A stretch of DNA of 64,000 nucleotides from the NCBI GenBank assembly GCA_030586555.1, contig JAURAC010000001.1, positions 1 through 64,000 on the forward strand, read 5' to 3'. Shown here in pieces: positions 9,620 through 20,061 of this stretch; position 1 is the stretch's first letter; every line of letters begins with the position of its first letter. The notes under the pieces are model-generated. The model ran no database searches. It had not been told where the DNA came from and saw only the letters and a program-made list of their open reading frames with translations. The DNA is from Candidatus Subterrananammoxibius californiae (GTDB lineage Bacteria > Planctomycetota > Brocadiia > Brocadiales > Subterrananammoxibiaceae). The translations under genes and the position numbers were made by a program.

Positions 9620-10616
9620 TTAATTCTTGCAGCGCCTCTGCGACCGTCCTTTTCAACTTATCTACATTTTCCCCGGTAACTGCGGAAATGGGGTATATTC
9701 GTTTAAGCAGTTGTTTTTCAAGGTATTGCACCTTTGTTAAACCAGCCTCGTTATCAAGAAGGTCTATCTTGTTTGCAACGATTATTTCTGTCCTCTTTGC
9801 TATCTCAGGATTGTAGAGGTTCAATTCATTTCTGATTATGTGATAAGCCTCCACAGGTTCCGGTCTGGCGATAGGCGATATATCTAAGATATGAACCAGT
9901 ATTTTTGTCCTCTCGATGTGACGCAGAAACTCGTCCCCGAGTCCTACCCCCGCATGTGCTCCCGCAATCAAACCGGGCAGGTCTGCAACAACAAACCTGC
10001 GGAAGTTGTCAACAGCAACTACTCCTAATTGGGGATGAAGTGTGGTAAACGGATAGTCTGCAATCTTCGGCCGTGCAGCGGATAAACGTGACAACAAGGT
10101 GGATTTTCCTACGTTTGGCAAACCTATGATGCCTACGTCAGCAAATAATTTAAGTTCGAGTTTTAAGTGGCGTTCATCCCCGTGCTCTCCCTCCTCAGCA
10201 TAACGAGGTACTTGATTTGTTGCAGAGGCAAAGTACTTGTTTCCCCTTCCCCCACGCCCTCCATGGGCTATTACTACGGATTCTCCCGGTTTTTTGAAGT
10301 CTTTGAGAACCCTACCAGATTCTTTATCCTTGATAATAGTTCCAACGGGCAGTTCAATAATCAAATCCTTGCCGCTCTTGCCGTGCCTGGTGGAACCTTC
10401 CCCATGTTTGCCACCTTCGGCAACATACTTTACACGGGAGGATATGTCGTAGAGCGTCTCAACCGTCTGGCTTGCCCGCAGGGTTACATTACCACCACGC
10501 CCTCCATCACCGCCATCGGGACCCCCACGTGGGACATATTTCTCCCTCCGGAAGCTTACGCACCCGTTGCCGCCGTCACCCCCTTTTACATAGATTACTG
10601 CCTCATCAACGAACAT
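9603..10616 (-). CDS. obgE: GTPase ObgE/CgtA
   Basis: FRREKYVPRGGPDGGDGG, GLPNVGKST, YPFTTL, DLPG, NKID. Confidence 0.98.
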   Translation of the reverse strand: MFVDEAVIYVKGGDGGNGCVSFRREKYVPRGGPDGGDGGRGGNVTLRASQTVETLYDISSRVKYVAEGGKHGEGSTRHGKSGKDLIIELPVGTIIKDKESGRVLKDFKKPGESVVIAHGGRGGRGNKYFASATNQVPRYAEEGEHGDERHLKLELKLFADVGIIGLPNVGKSTLLSRLSAARPKIADYPFTTLHPQLGVVAVDNFRRFVVADLPGLIAGAHAGVGLGDEFLRHIERTKILVHILDISPIARPEPVEAYHIIRNELNLYNPEIAKRTEIIVANKIDLLDNEAGLTKVQYLEKQLLKRIYPISAVTGENVDKLKRTVAEALQELNVDGG

Positions 10617-10702
10617 ATCATTTTAATTTTACAGCAAACAGGTTAAAACGAGCAACGGTGCTTGTAGGGGACAACCACTTCCCGGAGGCGGGTTAGGGCT
10701 TG

Positions 10703-10945
10703 TTATGAGGATTGAACGCTTACGCGTTTTCGTGACTCAAATCTTACAACCCCGTCAGTCAAAGCAAAAAGGGTATTGTCCTTACCGAGCCCAACGTTAA
10801 AACCAGGTTTAAATTTTGTGCCGCACTGGCGGACTATTATAGAACCAGCGCTGACGGATTCACCACCAAAACACTTTATACCCCTGCGTTGTGCATTACT
10901 ATCTCGTCCATTTCTTGTAGACCCCTGCCCTTTTTTATGTGCCAT
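10703..10945 (-). CDS. rpmA: 50S ribosomal protein L27
   Basis: [16 protein letters not shown]. Confidence 0.98.
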   Translation of the reverse strand: MAHKKGQGSTRNGRDSNAQRRGIKCFGGESVSAGSIIVRQCGTKFKPGFNVGLGKDNTLFALTDGVVRFESRKRVSVQSS

Positions 10946-10960
10946 GTTTTTTCCCTCCCA

Positions 10961-11275
10961 TCATGCTATAATTTCTTGAATCTTTACTTGCGTGTATTTC
11001 TCCCTGTGACCCTTTTTAGTGCGAGAGTTTTTCCTGCGACGAAATTTTGTGATAAGCAACTTTTCTCCAGGGGACTGTTTATCAACCTTTCCTATAACCT
11101 TGGTGGTATCTTTTAACTCAGAGCCAATATTTGTTCCTTCTTCCCCGGAAAGCATGAGCACGTCTTTAAATTCCACCTTATCACCAATATTCAGGTTACC
11201 CTTCTTATCAACGGTTATAATATCTCCTGGTTTAACCCTGTATTGTTTGCCGCCGTCTCGAATTACTGCATACAT
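10961..11275 (-). CDS. rplU: 50S ribosomal protein L21
   Basis: [17 protein letters not shown]; rplU-rpmA-obg synteny. Confidence 0.98.
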   Translation of the reverse strand: MYAVIRDGGKQYRVKPGDIITVDKKGNLNIGDKVEFKDVLMLSGEEGTNIGSELKDTTKVIGKVDKQSPGEKLLITKFRRRKNSRTKKGHREKYTQVKIQEIIA

Positions 11276-11323
11276 TTGAAAATCTCCTTTCCTTCGCCGC
11301 TTCAGTCCACCTCGGGCGGATTA

Positions 11324-12847
11324 TTAAATGTTTACCCGCTGTCCGCCGTCTTTAAAATATTTAACCTCTGCATCGCCTGCGTTATAATCATCCTGTTGGG
11401 TTATTATGATTTCCTTGTTAAAGGCGCTCTCCAATTCTGCAAGCCGCTTTCTCTTTTGATTCTGAAGGAGGAAAGCGACTTCTGGACACGTAACAACTTC
11501 AATCTTGTTAATCTCGGGATAATTAATTACCGCCTTAATCTTTCTTATAACATTTAGACTAACACTTTCAGCTGTCTTTAAAAAGCCAGTGCCCCAGCAA
11601 TATTTGCATGGTTCGTAAAGGACGTCCTTAAGGCTTGCCCTGACACGCTGTCGTGTCATTTCAATTATACCAAACTTAGACATCTTTAAAACCTTGGTAC
11701 GCGCCCTGTCTCTTTTAAGGGCATCAAATAACACCTTTTCAACGGCATGATTATGCGATTCCTCTCTCATGTCAATAAAATCAATTATGATGACGCCTCC
11801 AAGGTCTCGTAACCGTATCTGCCGTACTATTTCTTCTGAGGCTTCAAGATTTGTCTTGAATGCTGTTTCTTCAGGGTCCTTTTCCTCCCTATATTTGCCG
11901 CTGTTTACGTCCACGGCAACCAGTGCCTCTGTTTGTTCAATAACTATTGAGCCACCGCATAGAAGTGGTACCTTTTTGACGTTTATCTTTTCAATTTCGA
12001 CCTCTATATTATTCTTGTGGAATAAAGGTTCACTTCCTTCGTAAAGCTTTACTCTCTTTTCACACTTGGGCATTATCAGGTGAAGGAAATCCTTCGCTTT
12101 TTCATACACCACTGGTGAATCAACGGTTATTTCGTCTATATCTGCAGTGAATATATCACGAATCGTACGTATAACAAGTTCACTTTCTTGATAAATTACT
12201 GCAGGAGCATTTACCTTTCCAGACCTATTCAGGGTTGCCTTCCATAATTTAGATAAGTAATGAAAATCCTTGCTTAGTTCCTTTTTTGTCTGGTCAGCGC
12301 CTGCCGTTCGCACTATGAGGCCCATATTTTTGGGTGGATGCAAGTCCGCAATAATTTTTTTCAGGCGTTTTCTTTCTTCCTCCTCAGCTATCTTCTTGGA
12401 GATACCATAATGGTCTGATTCTGGCATTAAAACCAGATACCTGCCTGGCAAACTAATATATGTCGTTAAGGTTGGTCCCTTATCCCCGATGCCCACCTTC
12501 GTTACCTGAACCAACACTTCTTGTCCAGGGCGAAGATACGATTGTATTCGCCCATTACCGCCAGGCGATTTTTTACGAGTAACAACCCTCCGGCGTCTGT
12601 TGGTGGTTTTTCCAATATTGGGCATTACGTCTGAAACGTGCAGAAATCCGTTCCTCTTTAGCCCTATGTCAACAAAGGCAGCCTCGATGCTCGGTTCAAC
12701 ATTAATAACCTTGCCTTTGTAGATATTTCCAACTATCTGCCCTTTCGAAGTCCTTTCTACATAAAGTTCTTCCAATACATTGTCTTCCACGATAGCTATG
12801 CGGCTTTCCTCGGGTTCGACAACGTTGATTAACATTGTTTTACTCAT
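11324..12847 (-). CDS. Ribonuclease E/G family
   Basis: S1 domain GNIYKGKV, AVDVNSG, RQIRLRDLGGVIIIDFID, C..C.G.G. Confidence 0.95.
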   Translation of the reverse strand: MSKTMLINVVEPEESRIAIVEDNVLEELYVERTSKGQIVGNIYKGKVINVEPSIEAAFVDIGLKRNGFLHVSDVMPNIGKTTNRRRRVVTRKKSPGGNGRIQSYLRPGQEVLVQVTKVGIGDKGPTLTTYISLPGRYLVLMPESDHYGISKKIAEEEERKRLKKIIADLHPPKNMGLIVRTAGADQTKKELSKDFHYLSKLWKATLNRSGKVNAPAVIYQESELVIRTIRDIFTADIDEITVDSPVVYEKAKDFLHLIMPKCEKRVKLYEGSEPLFHKNNIEVEIEKINVKKVPLLCGGSIVIEQTEALVAVDVNSGKYREEKDPEETAFKTNLEASEEIVRQIRLRDLGGVIIIDFIDMREESHNHAVEKVLFDALKRDRARTKVLKMSKFGIIEMTRQRVRASLKDVLYEPCKYCWGTGFLKTAESVSLNVIRKIKAVINYPEINKIEVVTCPEVAFLLQNQKRKRLAELESAFNKEIIITQQDDYNAGDAEVKYFKDGGQRVNI

Positions 12848-12866
12848 GCCATCAATAGCTCATCGT

Positions 12867-13556
12867 TCATAGCTCAAGGCTATGAGCTAAATTGCTATCA
12901 GCTAATTTTACCTTCGTCCTCGTTATTTCAAGGAGCCTGTAATCTATCTCTCTATCGAGCCCGAGGGCTGAAATCACTTCTTCTGGACGCGCCGTACCCT
13001 CTGAGATTACCTTTAGTCTTAATTCGATGAAATCCGCCCCACTAACTGTGGACTCGCCATCTTCTGGACAAGTTTGCTCTGTTACAATATCCATAATGGA
13101 TGGTCGTATGTTAAAGTACCTCTTTCTTCCATCCTTCTCCCTACATACAGTTATCTCTTTCCTCTGTAGTAGTTCGTCAATCTTTGATTGCGGGACAGAC
13201 ATGTCATTTAATCTTATCCTGCATGTTACATCCTCAGCCTGAGCGCTTTCCCCTGGTGAGACCAGCTCTACAGTAGTGATTTCAATTCCTTGAGGCAGCT
13301 GCGCTCGTAGTTGGCTAAGAAGCGTAGAGGGGTGCATCCATTCGTTTAACTCTATCTCAACAACTTCATCAAGACCTTCGATTCCCACTGCCAGGGCAAG
13401 AGGAAATGAGATTTTTGGCCTCGGATTGAAGCCCTCTGACATGCGTATAGGGATTTCTGCCCTTCTTATTGCCCTTTCGAATAACTTCATTAAGTCATGA
13501 TGGGAAATAAACTTTAAGCTGTCCTTCTTTTTAAACCTTATTCTAATTTTTTGCAC
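12867..13556 (-). CDS. Radical SAM-linked protein (TIGR03936/DUF2344-like)
   Basis: FISHHDL...RAIRRA, SEGFNPRPKISF; typically found upstream of rng. Confidence 0.88.
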   Translation of the reverse strand: MQKIRIRFKKKDSLKFISHHDLMKLFERAIRRAEIPIRMSEGFNPRPKISFPLALAVGIEGLDEVVEIELNEWMHPSTLLSQLRAQLPQGIEITTVELVSPGESAQAEDVTCRIRLNDMSVPQSKIDELLQRKEITVCREKDGRKRYFNIRPSIMDIVTEQTCPEDGESTVSGADFIELRLKVISEGTARPEEVISALGLDREIDYRLLEITRTKVKLADSNLAHSLEL

Positions 13557-13811
13557 AAGACGAATAGAATCCTCCTACACTCGATAGGGATAGGTTTTAG
13601 ATTTGCTTGACTACCTCAGATTCGACAAATTTGCGTCAAGTCTAATGAATTAAAATACTTAGATTATACGCAATTCTATCAGGATTATTGACTGGTGTCA
13701 AGAGAAAAAGTAAGCTTCATGAACTTGCTTTTCTCCCTTTTTGATTTGACATCGCGGATAATTGCATTTATACTCTACTCTGTTAATTTTACACGCATAG
13801 GAACTGTCTAT

Positions 13812-15380
13812 ATGCCAAGGATAAAAGTAGAAGTAATAGATAGTATAAAGGACGCAGCTTATTCTGCCATCGAATACGCCAGTACCCTGAAGGACTCTAA
13901 ATATGCTGACCTGAGGGTCGGTGTAAGTGAATCCAAGACCGCCCATTCTGAAAATGGCACAGCCAAGGGTATGAGTGAGGACTACGGCTTCTCATTTGGC
14001 GTGCGTGTAGTGGCTGGGGGAATGGGTGCATGGGGATATTATGGACAGCCACTCGGTGTCAGTGATTTGCGAGGGAAAAAGATAGAGAAGGTTTTTAAGA
14101 ACAGCCTCAAGACGGCGTATAATAGAGCAGTAGCAAACGCATCTGGTAGACAACGAACTTTATGTTCGTTGAATCAACGAGGTGAAACCTCGTTGTCTAC
14201 CGCGCTTACTGAGGTAAAACTTGCAAAGATTGATGTGCGTCAGGATACCTTTAAAATAAGTTTTGAAAAGGACCCGAGGGCAATAGCGCTTAATGACGTG
14301 TTGGAGTTGAATACAGATGTTTCAAGGCAGATGAAGGGCATCTCCGCCGAGGTAAGATTTGCCTATACAGGTATTTACACGGGTATAATTAGAGAGCTAT
14401 TTTGCAGTTCGGAAGGAGCAAGAATTGACCAAATCGTCCCTTTAACACAGGGCATAATCTATGTCGTTGCCCAGCAAGCAGACAAGGCGCCGGAGATGTA
14501 TGTGGATTATCTCGGCGATTTAAAAGGGTGGGAAGTTCTTGAAGGTAAAAATGTTCACAAACTGAGCTTTCTGGATTTTGCTCTATTGCGTACAAAGGAA
14601 ACAGTAGAACTTGCCGGAGCTGAGTTCTTGAAATCAACCAACGAGCCTGTGGTGGTCGTAACTAATCCCCATTTTAACACATTACTCGTTCATGAGATAG
14701 TTGGTCATCCAACTGAAGCAGATAGGGTATTAAAGATGGAAACCGCCTATGCTGGCAGGTCATGGTTCTTTCGGGGCTTTGATAATAACCAACTTGGGAA
14801 GCAGGTTGCCTCCAAACTCGTTTCTGCATACTCCGACCCACTAACAGAAGGTTATGGACATTATAAGTATGATGCAGAAGGTGTGCCAGCAAAAAAGGTA
14901 AGCCTGATTGAAAATGGAATACTAAAGGGGTTCATGAACAGCAGGGAAACCGCCGCAATACTCGACCAGGAACCGAATGGCTCTATGAGGGCAACAGACC
15001 CCGTCCTTGTCCCCCTTGTAAGAATGACAAACACGTTTTTTGCCAATGGAAGTAGGAACCCGGAGGAAATAATAGCCGAGGTAAAGGATGGTTACTATAT
15101 TGCAAATCACAAGATACCCTCTATAAGCGAATCCCGTGAGAATTTCAGGATAACGGCACAAAAGGTATATAAAATAGAAAATGGAAAGCTTACAAAACTT
15201 TACAGATCTGGCGGCATAACGGCTGATTCGAAGGATTTCTTAATGAGCATAGATGCTGTAGGAAACGACTTCGCCATCTTCCCCATTCCCAATTGCGGCA
15301 AGGGTCAGCCCATGCAGACGATGAGGGTAGGCAACGGCGGTCCCACACTCCGGGGAAAGGCAAGATTGACGGGATGCTAA
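13812..15380 (+). CDS. tldD: TldD-family metalloprotease
   Basis: HEIVGHPTEAD, RMTNTF, CGKGQPMQ..GGP; likely start ATG 13812. Confidence 0.92.
   Translation: MPRIKVEVIDSIKDAAYSAIEYASTLKDSKYADLRVGVSESKTAHSENGTAKGMSEDYGFSFGVRVVAGGMGAWGYYGQPLGVSDLRGKKIEKVFKNSLKTAYNRAVANASGRQRTLCSLNQRGETSLSTALTEVKLAKIDVRQDTFKISFEKDPRAIALNDVLELNTDVSRQMKGISAEVRFAYTGIYTGIIRELFCSSEGARIDQIVPLTQGIIYVVAQQADKAPEMYVDYLGDLKGWEVLEGKNVHKLSFLDFALLRTKETVELAGAEFLKSTNEPVVVVTNPHFNTLLVHEIVGHPTEADRVLKMETAYAGRSWFFRGFDNNQLGKQVASKLVSAYSDPLTEGYGHYKYDAEGVPAKKVSLIENGILKGFMNSRETAAILDQEPNGSMRATDPVLVPLVRMTNTFFANGSRNPEEIIAEVKDGYYIANHKIPSISESRENFRITAQKVYKIENGKLTKLYRSGGITADSKDFLMSIDAVGNDFAIFPIPNCGKGQPMQTMRVGNGGPTLRGKARLTGC
14145..14201. repeat. 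57-bp GTAG-type double-hairpin element inserted in frame in tldD
   Basis: ggtagacaacg...cgttgtctacc; related inverted copy at 31365-31436. Confidence 0.8.
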
Positions 15381-15412
15381 ATAATGGCGTAGGCGAATGG
15401 ATGTAATATAAA

Positions 15413-15604
15413 ATGCAAATGGTCAAGATAAAGTTTAATTCTCACGATGAAGAGGTTAATGGAGTTTACGAGCTAATGAGGCGTGGCAAGGTAATCTGCT
15501 TCCCAGGCGGTATTTATGAATTACCGGAAGAGTTGTCGTCTGTGCTGATGGAGAAGAATATAGGATATACCATTCTAAAAAAAAGGGGAGGACTATGCCC
15601 ATAA
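15413..15604 (+). CDS. Small hypothetical protein (possible partner of the truncated downstream gene)
   Basis: 63-aa ORF whose 3' end overlaps a following ORF start preceded by GGAGGA. Confidence 0.55.
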   Translation: MQMVKIKFNSHDEEVNGVYELMRRGKVICFPGGIYELPEELSSVLMEKNIGYTILKKRGGLCP

Positions 15605-15650
15605 AGCGTTACGAGATTTTGCTGCCTCTTAAGTATAATGATGGTACCTG
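15595..15650 (+). pseudogene. Truncated small gene (MPIKRYEILLPLKYNDGT...)
   Basis: SD then ATG; protein-like sequence stops at a CCTGCCTCAGGCGGG palindrome and a CTTTGCG repeat; coordinates approximate. Confidence 0.45.
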
Positions 15651-15785
15651 CCTCAGGCGGGTTGTTTTACTTTGCGCGCTTTGCAAGAAAATAATTATTT
15701 CGCGCAAAGGTCACAAATTTTTGTTGTATTGATATAATAGCGTGTGAACCCACGTGAATAAATTGTAAATTTATGAGGAAAGGGT

Positions 15786-16040
15786 ATGGGTATAACTATT
15801 GACAAAAAGATAATGCACGGAAAACCAGTTGTGGAGGGAACAAGGGTGCCTGTTAACGTTATATTAGGTTCCTTGGCAGGAGGCATGACTTTTCAAGAGA
15901 TTTGCAATGAGTATGGTGTTACGAAAGATGACATACGGAATTGCCTGAGATATGCAACAGAACTTACGGGGTCAGAGTATGTGTTTCCTCTAAAAAGGTT
16001 AAGACCAAGAAAAGATGGGACCAAAGTTCTTAATCGATGA
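15786..16040 (+). CDS. DUF433 antitoxin-like protein
   Basis: IMHGKPVVEGTRVPV..IL..LA.G....I..EY. Confidence 0.9.
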   Translation: MGITIDKKIMHGKPVVEGTRVPVNVILGSLAGGMTFQEICNEYGVTKDDIRNCLRYATELTGSEYVFPLKRLRPRKDGTKVLNR

Positions 16041-16389
16041 ATGCTTACCTAAGTCAATGGTTTCTATTTGCGAAAAACAGCATTTAGATGCAGTTCATAT
16101 TCGTATTTTAGGTTTATCAGGTATTCCCGATGAGAAGGTAATTAGTTTAGCAAAGAAAGAAAAACGAATTCTCATCACAAGGGATATGGACTTTAGCAAC
16201 CTTTTAGATTATCCCATTAAATCGCATTGTGGATTAATTGTGATGCGTATGCCAGATGATTTTACTGCTTTAGAGATTAACCGTCTATTAGATTCATTCC
16301 TGATGGACGTAGAACTAAATGAAATCAGGAATACATTAACAATAATAGAACCAAAAAGGTACAGAATTCGTAGAAAAGATTTGGACTGA
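16015..16389 (+). CDS. DUF5615 PIN-like toxin
   Basis: KFLIDECLP, D.KV...A..E.RILITRDMDF; overlaps DUF433 gene. Confidence 0.88.
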   Translation: MGPKFLIDECLPKSMVSICEKQHLDAVHIRILGLSGIPDEKVISLAKKEKRILITRDMDFSNLLDYPIKSHCGLIVMRMPDDFTALEINRLLDSFLMDVELNEIRNTLTIIEPKRYRIRRKDLD

Positions 16390-16446
16390 GTAAAACAGGT
16401 TACGAAGATACACGAAAGGAAGATTACAGTAGTCAAAATTACAACT

Positions 16447-17925
16447 ATGATTACTACCGAACAACTAAGAACATGCGTTAGCGAAGGGCTTGAACGCATA
16501 AAGAAGATTAAGAACGTGGTGGAAGCTGAGGTCTTTGCCTCATGGAACGAGCAAATAGTAAATAGGCTAAACTACACCTCGGACATCCCTTGTCAGGGCG
16601 TGCAGGAACCCAAATCTATACAATTCTATGGTGTGGGAGTGCTTGCTGCGTTTAAGTCCGGAAACAAAATTAAGGTAGGCTTTGGGAGTGAGCCTAATGA
16701 CCTCTCTGTAAGAGGAGTGTTGGAGGCATTAAAGAAGGCAAGAATGAATAAAATCTCTGACCCGGACTATAAGTCTCTACCAGAACCACAGGGTACTCCA
16801 ACCCTTACAAATTATCACGATGTTAATGTCATGGAAATTAGCGACGAGAAAGTTGTTAATCTCGGATGGCAAGCCCTCCAGGGAACATTGTCAAGTTATA
16901 GTGCAAAAGGTTTTTCCAAATCGCTTATAGTAGGTGGTGATGTTACAATATTCAAGGAACGGATGGCAATAAGAAACACTAGAGGTATTGATGACTTCGA
17001 TGAAACCTCTATCTTAACCGCAACAATAACCTCTATGATTGAGGACGAAGGCGTTAAAGGAACAGGATGGAACACCGCCACGCATTTAGATAAGTTCAAA
17101 CCAGAGGAAGCCGGAAAAGAAGCGGCGGAGAGCGCAATCAGGACTATTGGTGGGCAGAGAATCGCATCTGGTGCGTATGATGTAATATTTGGAAGACAGC
17201 CTGTAACCGACCTGGTAGGCAATCTTATTGCCCCCTCTTTGAGCCTGATATCAGTCAATGCGTCTGATACCCCCTTCCTGCGGAAACTGGGGCAAAGGGT
17301 TTGTTCCCCTAATATAACGGTTTATGACGATGGGGCTATGCCAGGCCAGATTGGTAGTAAAAGGATAACATGCGAGGGCATACCAACGGGAAGGACGGAC
17401 TTAATCACCGATGGCATAATTACAGGCTTCCTAACAAATGATTATTATAACAAAAAGCTTCAAAGTAACCTTGCCTCTTTCACCCCGAGAAACGGGTTCA
17501 GATTCTCACTCGGTGGAAGAAATTACAATATGCAGACAAAGGTATCTCCAACCAACGTAGTCATAGAAGGCAGGGAAGAAATCCCCGATAAAGAACTTCT
17601 ATCGCTGGTAAAAGAAGGAATCTATATAGGAAGAATATGGTACACTTATCCAGTGAATGGACTCGCAGTCGGTGATTTTACAAGTACTATAGTTGCCGAT
17701 TCTTATTTGATTAAAGATGGAAAATTGCTTGCGCCGCTGAAACCAAATGCTGTAAGGATAAATAGCAATATAAATCACGTACTTAACAATATAATCGGGA
17801 TAACTAAGGAAAAGAAGGCAACATTAGTATGGGGTGGAGAAGAGGTTGTCGTTGCGCCAGAAATCGCCGTAAAAGGCGTTAGACTTGACAGCATTGCTAA
17901 CGAGTCAACAAGTTTTGAGTCCTGA
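16447..17925 (+). CDS. pmbA: TldE/PmbA family protein
   Basis: Paired with tldD; PmbA-like fold without HExxxH; GDFT, C-terminal AP.I. Confidence 0.8.
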   Translation: MITTEQLRTCVSEGLERIKKIKNVVEAEVFASWNEQIVNRLNYTSDIPCQGVQEPKSIQFYGVGVLAAFKSGNKIKVGFGSEPNDLSVRGVLEALKKARMNKISDPDYKSLPEPQGTPTLTNYHDVNVMEISDEKVVNLGWQALQGTLSSYSAKGFSKSLIVGGDVTIFKERMAIRNTRGIDDFDETSILTATITSMIEDEGVKGTGWNTATHLDKFKPEEAGKEAAESAIRTIGGQRIASGAYDVIFGRQPVTDLVGNLIAPSLSLISVNASDTPFLRKLGQRVCSPNITVYDDGAMPGQIGSKRITCEGIPTGRTDLITDGIITGFLTNDYYNKKLQSNLASFTPRNGFRFSLGGRNYNMQTKVSPTNVVIEGREEIPDKELLSLVKEGIYIGRIWYTYPVNGLAVGDFTSTIVADSYLIKDGKLLAPLKPNAVRINSNINHVLNNIIGITKEKKATLVWGGEEVVVAPEIAVKGVRLDSIANESTSFES

Positions 17926-18058
17926 TTTAGATACTTTAACCCCTAACTCTTTAACTAAGCAACTCGCTTGGAGGGAGGTGAGGCACGTTAAATCTTAAAT
18001 CTTAAATTTTAAATTTCAAATTTCAGTTTCAAATTTTCTATTAGAGAAGGAGGCTGTA

Positions 18059-18247
18059 ATGCGAGCTAAGGTTGATCCAGACATCTGCACTGGCTGTGAA
18101 CTCTGTACCCAGACATGTCCAGAGGTCTTTGAAATGCAGGGGGACAAAGCAGTGGCAATAACAGGCGATGTTCCTGAAGAAGTAATTGAAACGTGCCGGC
18201 AAGCTGCAGAGGAATGTCCAGTAGAAGCAATCATACTAACAGAGTAA
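18059..18247 (+). CDS. Ferredoxin (single cluster)
   Basis: CTGCELC...CP and CPVEAI. Confidence 0.93.
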   Translation: MRAKVDPDICTGCELCTQTCPEVFEMQGDKAVAITGDVPEEVIETCRQAAEECPVEAIILTE

Positions 18248-18315
18248 TTTAATCACCAAAAAATAGTAGGGGCACGTTGTAACGTGCCCCTGCCTTTTCT
18301 TAAACGCAAGACCTG

Positions 18316-18447
18316 CTATATTTTAAATTTTCTTCCAATTGCCCTTCTACGCTTAAGGATATCCCTTCCACCTTTCGTCCTCATCCGCTTTCTGAACCCA
18401 CACATCTTAACGCGTTTCTTTGCACTTCTTCTAACGTTAATTTTCAT
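18316..18447 (-). CDS. rpmH: 50S ribosomal protein L34
   Basis: Not in ORF track. MKINVRRSAKKRVKMCGFRKRMRTKGGRDILKRRRAIGRKFKI, with SD GGAGG. Confidence 0.9.
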   Translation of the reverse strand: MKINVRRSAKKRVKMCGFRKRMRTKGGRDILKRRRAIGRKFKI

Positions 18448-18552
18448 TTCTTATTTCCTCCCATGATGATATACTCGATATTGTATAGGAAGTTAGTATT
18501 ATATACTTTCCAATTGTATTGTCAATATGCATGAAGAAAAAAAAGTAAGTCC

Positions 18553-19686
18553 ATGCAAACAAAGATAGAGCAATCTGCAAAAAGATATGCAAAACAAAAA
18601 TACTTACTGGCTGCTATAAACATTGCTGTAGGATTAGCCTTCTTAGTCTTTATGTCCGCCTCAGGCGGATTCGCCTCGATGTACCTCAAAAACCTTCTAT
18701 CACTTCTAACAACAAATGAATGCCTGCTCATAGCGCTCTATCTCCCGGCGTTTATAATAATATACGAAATAATTGCTATGCCGTTAAGTTTTTATGGCGG
18801 CTTCGTCCTCGAACATCGTTTTAATCTCTCAAATCAGACCGTTGTGAGCTGGCTGAAAAATGAGGGCAAAACGCTTCTCATCTCTCTGATAATATCAATC
18901 CCCATTGTCGAAGCAATATACTTCTTCCTGAGAAATTATCCGAATATCTGGTGGATTTTTGCAGGCGCCGTCTGGCTATTCCTTACCGTTGTCATGACGA
19001 AATTCATGCCAATCCTGATATTGCCCCTTTTTTATAAAAGCATTCCAATCGAGGATGAAGAACTGAAAGATAAGCTCCTGAGGCTTGCAACGGGGGCAGG
19101 TCTAAATGTGGAGGGAATCTACAGGATTAATTTGAGCAAGGACACAAAGAAGGCAAACGCTGCGCTTACAGGATTGGGTAGCACCCGCCGCATCCTGCTA
19201 AGCGATACGCTTCTAAACTCATTTTCACACGAGGAAATTGAGGCAGTCTTTGCGCATGAGTTAGCCCATCATGTCTATCGCCACGTATTCAAGATGCTTA
19301 TAGTTGCCAGTATTTGTGGTTTTGCAGGGTTTGCGCTCTGTCACTACGTCTTGTCAATCGCAATTCAATTGTCATTGCGAGCCGAAGGCGAAGCAATCCC
19401 CATCCATGACATAGCCGCATTTCCATTACTCGTCTTGGTATTATCCGCCTTTGGGTTCGTACTTCTCCCCTTACAAAACGCATACAGCCGCTGGCTCGAA
19501 AAGGACTGCGATGTTTATTCAATTAGAAAAACTGGCAACCCCTCTGCCTTTATATCCATGATGAATAAGTTAGCCGAACAAAACCTTGCAGATAAGAAGC
19601 CAAACAGACTTATCGAAATCCTTTTTTACGACCACCCTCCCATCTCAAAGAGGATTGCATTGGCAGAGAGTACGGGGAGAAAATGA
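18553..19686 (+). CDS. M48 family (Ste24-like) membrane metallopeptidase
   Basis: HELAH, ANAALTG, YDHPP...RI. Confidence 0.93.
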   Translation: MQTKIEQSAKRYAKQKYLLAAINIAVGLAFLVFMSASGGFASMYLKNLLSLLTTNECLLIALYLPAFIIIYEIIAMPLSFYGGFVLEHRFNLSNQTVVSWLKNEGKTLLISLIISIPIVEAIYFFLRNYPNIWWIFAGAVWLFLTVVMTKFMPILILPLFYKSIPIEDEELKDKLLRLATGAGLNVEGIYRINLSKDTKKANAALTGLGSTRRILLSDTLLNSFSHEEIEAVFAHELAHHVYRHVFKMLIVASICGFAGFALCHYVLSIAIQLSLRAEGEAIPIHDIAAFPLLVLVLSAFGFVLLPLQNAYSRWLEKDCDVYSIRKTGNPSAFISMMNKLAEQNLADKKPNRLIEILFYDHPPISKRIALAESTGRK

Positions 19687-19749
19687 TGGTAAAAGACCTC
19701 TAACGTGCTATAATTCTGGTGCAGTCTTATAAAAAATAAGGCATTAGAT

Positions 19750-20061
19750 ATGTTAAAAATAGAGTGGATACATGGACATGTTAGACGAGGTGAGTATTAT
19801 TTCTCAAAACATGGGGACCAAGAGAGACAGAATGATAATCTCACGATAGCGGAAGTTGAAGAAGCTTTGTTAACAGGTAGAATCTTGGAACAATACAAAG
19901 ATACGGGTAGAGGCGAAAGTTGTTTGATTGTAGGGTTTACGGAGATAGGGAAACCAATACACGTTGTTTGTGGAGAAAGAGGGGGTTGGTTAGTTATTAT
20001 AACTGTTTATATTCCTCGTCCACCAAAATTTAAATCACCTTACGAAAGGGGTGAAAAATGA
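19750..20061 (+). CDS. DUF4258 toxin-like protein
   Basis: FSKH, G.ILEQY.D..RG.SCL, PIHVVC, ITVY.P. Confidence 0.85.
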   Translation: MLKIEWIHGHVRRGEYYFSKHGDQERQNDNLTIAEVEEALLTGRILEQYKDTGRGESCLIVGFTEIGKPIHVVCGERGGWLVIITVYIPRPPKFKSPYERGEK

